From a virus (taxonomy: Duplodnaviria; Caudoviricetes), in IMG/VR virus record IMGVR_UViG_3300031994_000010, positions 64,001 to 128,000 of that record: a DNA stretch of 64,000 nt. One strand, given 5' to 3'. The position numbers and the translations under genes are program-made. Position 1 is the stretch's first letter; each line of letters opens with the position of its first letter. Below are positions 62,821 through 64,000 of this stretch, piece by piece. Below the pieces are notes generated by a model, which had not been told where the DNA came from, did not search any database, and saw only the letters and a list, made by a program, of their open reading frames with translations.

Positions 62821-63215
62821 AATAAATTAAGTTCATGAAGTTTAATAATCATTTTGTAGCAAGCATCTATAAGGTTGTCTGCTTTAAAATGTAAACCACT
62901 CATGTGTGGGTATGTGATATAGTTGTCATAAAGTGATATTACTGGTTTGCTACCTTGAATTTCCGGTAAAACACAAAGCAATGCTGCAAGACTCCAACAA
63001 GGAACAACATCAACTTCCTTGCCAACAAGAAGACCTTTATATTCTTCTTTCCATTCAGAATATGGACGAAGAATCACATCATAAGGGTCTTCACCAATAC
63101 ATTTATAGCACATGTCTGCACTCTCAAGTGGCAGAAACTCTACCAACTTTTTACTTTGTTCTAATGATGTATAACTTTTCATAATTAAATATATTCTTCT
63201 TTTTTTAACCAACAA
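62817..63215 (-). CDS. Hypothetical protein, paralogue A (MKSYT..EQS.KL..PCWSLAAL)
   Basis: Shared motifs with 63185-63559. Confidence 0.65.
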   Translation of the reverse strand: MLVKKRRIYLIMKSYTSLEQSKKLVEFLPLESADMCYKCIGEDPYDVILRPYSEWKEEYKGLLVGKEVDVVPCWSLAALLCVLPEIQGSKPVISLYDNYITYPHMSGLHFKADNLIDACYKMIIKLHELNLL

Positions 63216-63559
63216 ACCATTTCAAATATAACATCTATCATATTATAAGATTCTTCACAAATATGTATACTAACATCGTCACTTTTGTAATAAGCAACCC
63301 ATCTGTTTATACCATCTTTTGAAAGATAAAACTTATAAACATTTCCATTATCATCCATTATTGAAGGTAGAATAAAATTAGATAATGCGGCAAGACTCCA
63401 ACAAGGTAATTGATTATATATTATAGAATAATCTCCTATATGTGGTATAGGGCGATAACCATTTTCAAAAGAATGATTAGAATAATACATATCAGCACTT
63501 TTAAGTGGTAGAAATTCTGCTAACTTACGACTCTGTTCTATATCTGTATAACTTTTCAT
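63185..63559 (-). CDS. Hypothetical protein, paralogue B
   Basis: Shared motifs with 62817-63215. Confidence 0.65.
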   Translation of the reverse strand: MKSYTDIEQSRKLAEFLPLKSADMYYSNHSFENGYRPIPHIGDYSIIYNQLPCWSLAALSNFILPSIMDDNGNVYKFYLSKDGINRWVAYYKSDDVSIHICEESYNMIDVIFEMVCWLKKEEYI

Positions 63560-63562
63560 ATT

Positions 63563-63829
63563 TTACTCTTCTTTCATATATTTCTTAATATCCTCAATCA
63601 ACGTATCTATTCCATAAGAATTCCCAAAATGAAAATTTCTAATAATGTAACCACTAAGTAAATGTTCAATTCCTTCACAAACCTTTTCAATAAAGGCATC
63701 AGTGCGGATGTATTCAATATCTCTATGAAAATTTAAATGGCTTTTACTAAACGTTGCAAGTAAAACATTATCTGGTTCTCCAAAAGAAGGAGTCATATAA
63801 ATCTTCTCTGGTGCTTCGTTTGCTTTCAT
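63563..63829 (-). CDS. Hypothetical protein
   Basis: ORF track. Confidence 0.6.
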   Translation of the reverse strand: MKANEAPEKIYMTPSFGEPDNVLLATFSKSHLNFHRDIEYIRTDAFIEKVCEGIEHLLSGYIIRNFHFGNSYGIDTLIEDIKKYMKEE

Positions 63830-63832
63830 AAC

Positions 63833-64000
63833 TTATCCCACTTTTGCTTTAAATCCAAGTTCAAAGAAACGTCTTGCCGTATATAACGCATATAAATCAT
63901 TAAATATATAGTTCTCACAACATTTATCAAATTCTTTCTCTAAGTCAACCTCTTTTACCTCAACATTAAAACTATTTGTATTCAGTAAATCATCAAGATA
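63833..64000 (-). CDS. Partial hypothetical protein, paralogue of 60794-61090
   Basis: EVKEVDLEKE...FFELG. Confidence 0.55.
   Translation of the reverse strand, partial: YLDDLLNTNSFNVEVKEVDLEKEFDKCCENYIFNDLYALYTARRFFELGFKAKVG

Overview
AT-rich 64-kb segment of a large lytic Bacteroidota (probably Prevotella/Bacteroidales) phage with crAss-like (Crassvirales-type) organisation. Bases 1-3805 (+ strand) are the end of a late/structural block in which TAG is clearly a sense codon (likely Gln, genetic code 15); it converges at a bidirectional terminator with a long - strand early/replication block (about 3856-64000). That block carries a complete four-enzyme deamidating NAD+ salvage pathway (pncA-Nudix-pncB-nadE-nadD), ThyX, PolA, Pnkp + RNA ligase, a sigma70 factor, DNA ligase, dUTPase, NrdD/NrdG, a radical-SAM gene next to four paralogues sharing an N-terminal 'ITNSSSEVF' motif, primase, helicases, RNase H, an OmpA-family protein and 15 tRNA genes, one of which (Arg-UCU) is split by an ORF-less group I intron. 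A few - strand genes missed or truncated by the ORF track (Holliday-junction resolvase, FTR-like Fe-S protein, glucosaminidase) carry in-frame TAGs near their 5' ends, suggesting amber-gated timing switches. No amber-suppressor tRNA is visible in this window. All calls are from motif reading by eye; no database searches were run.
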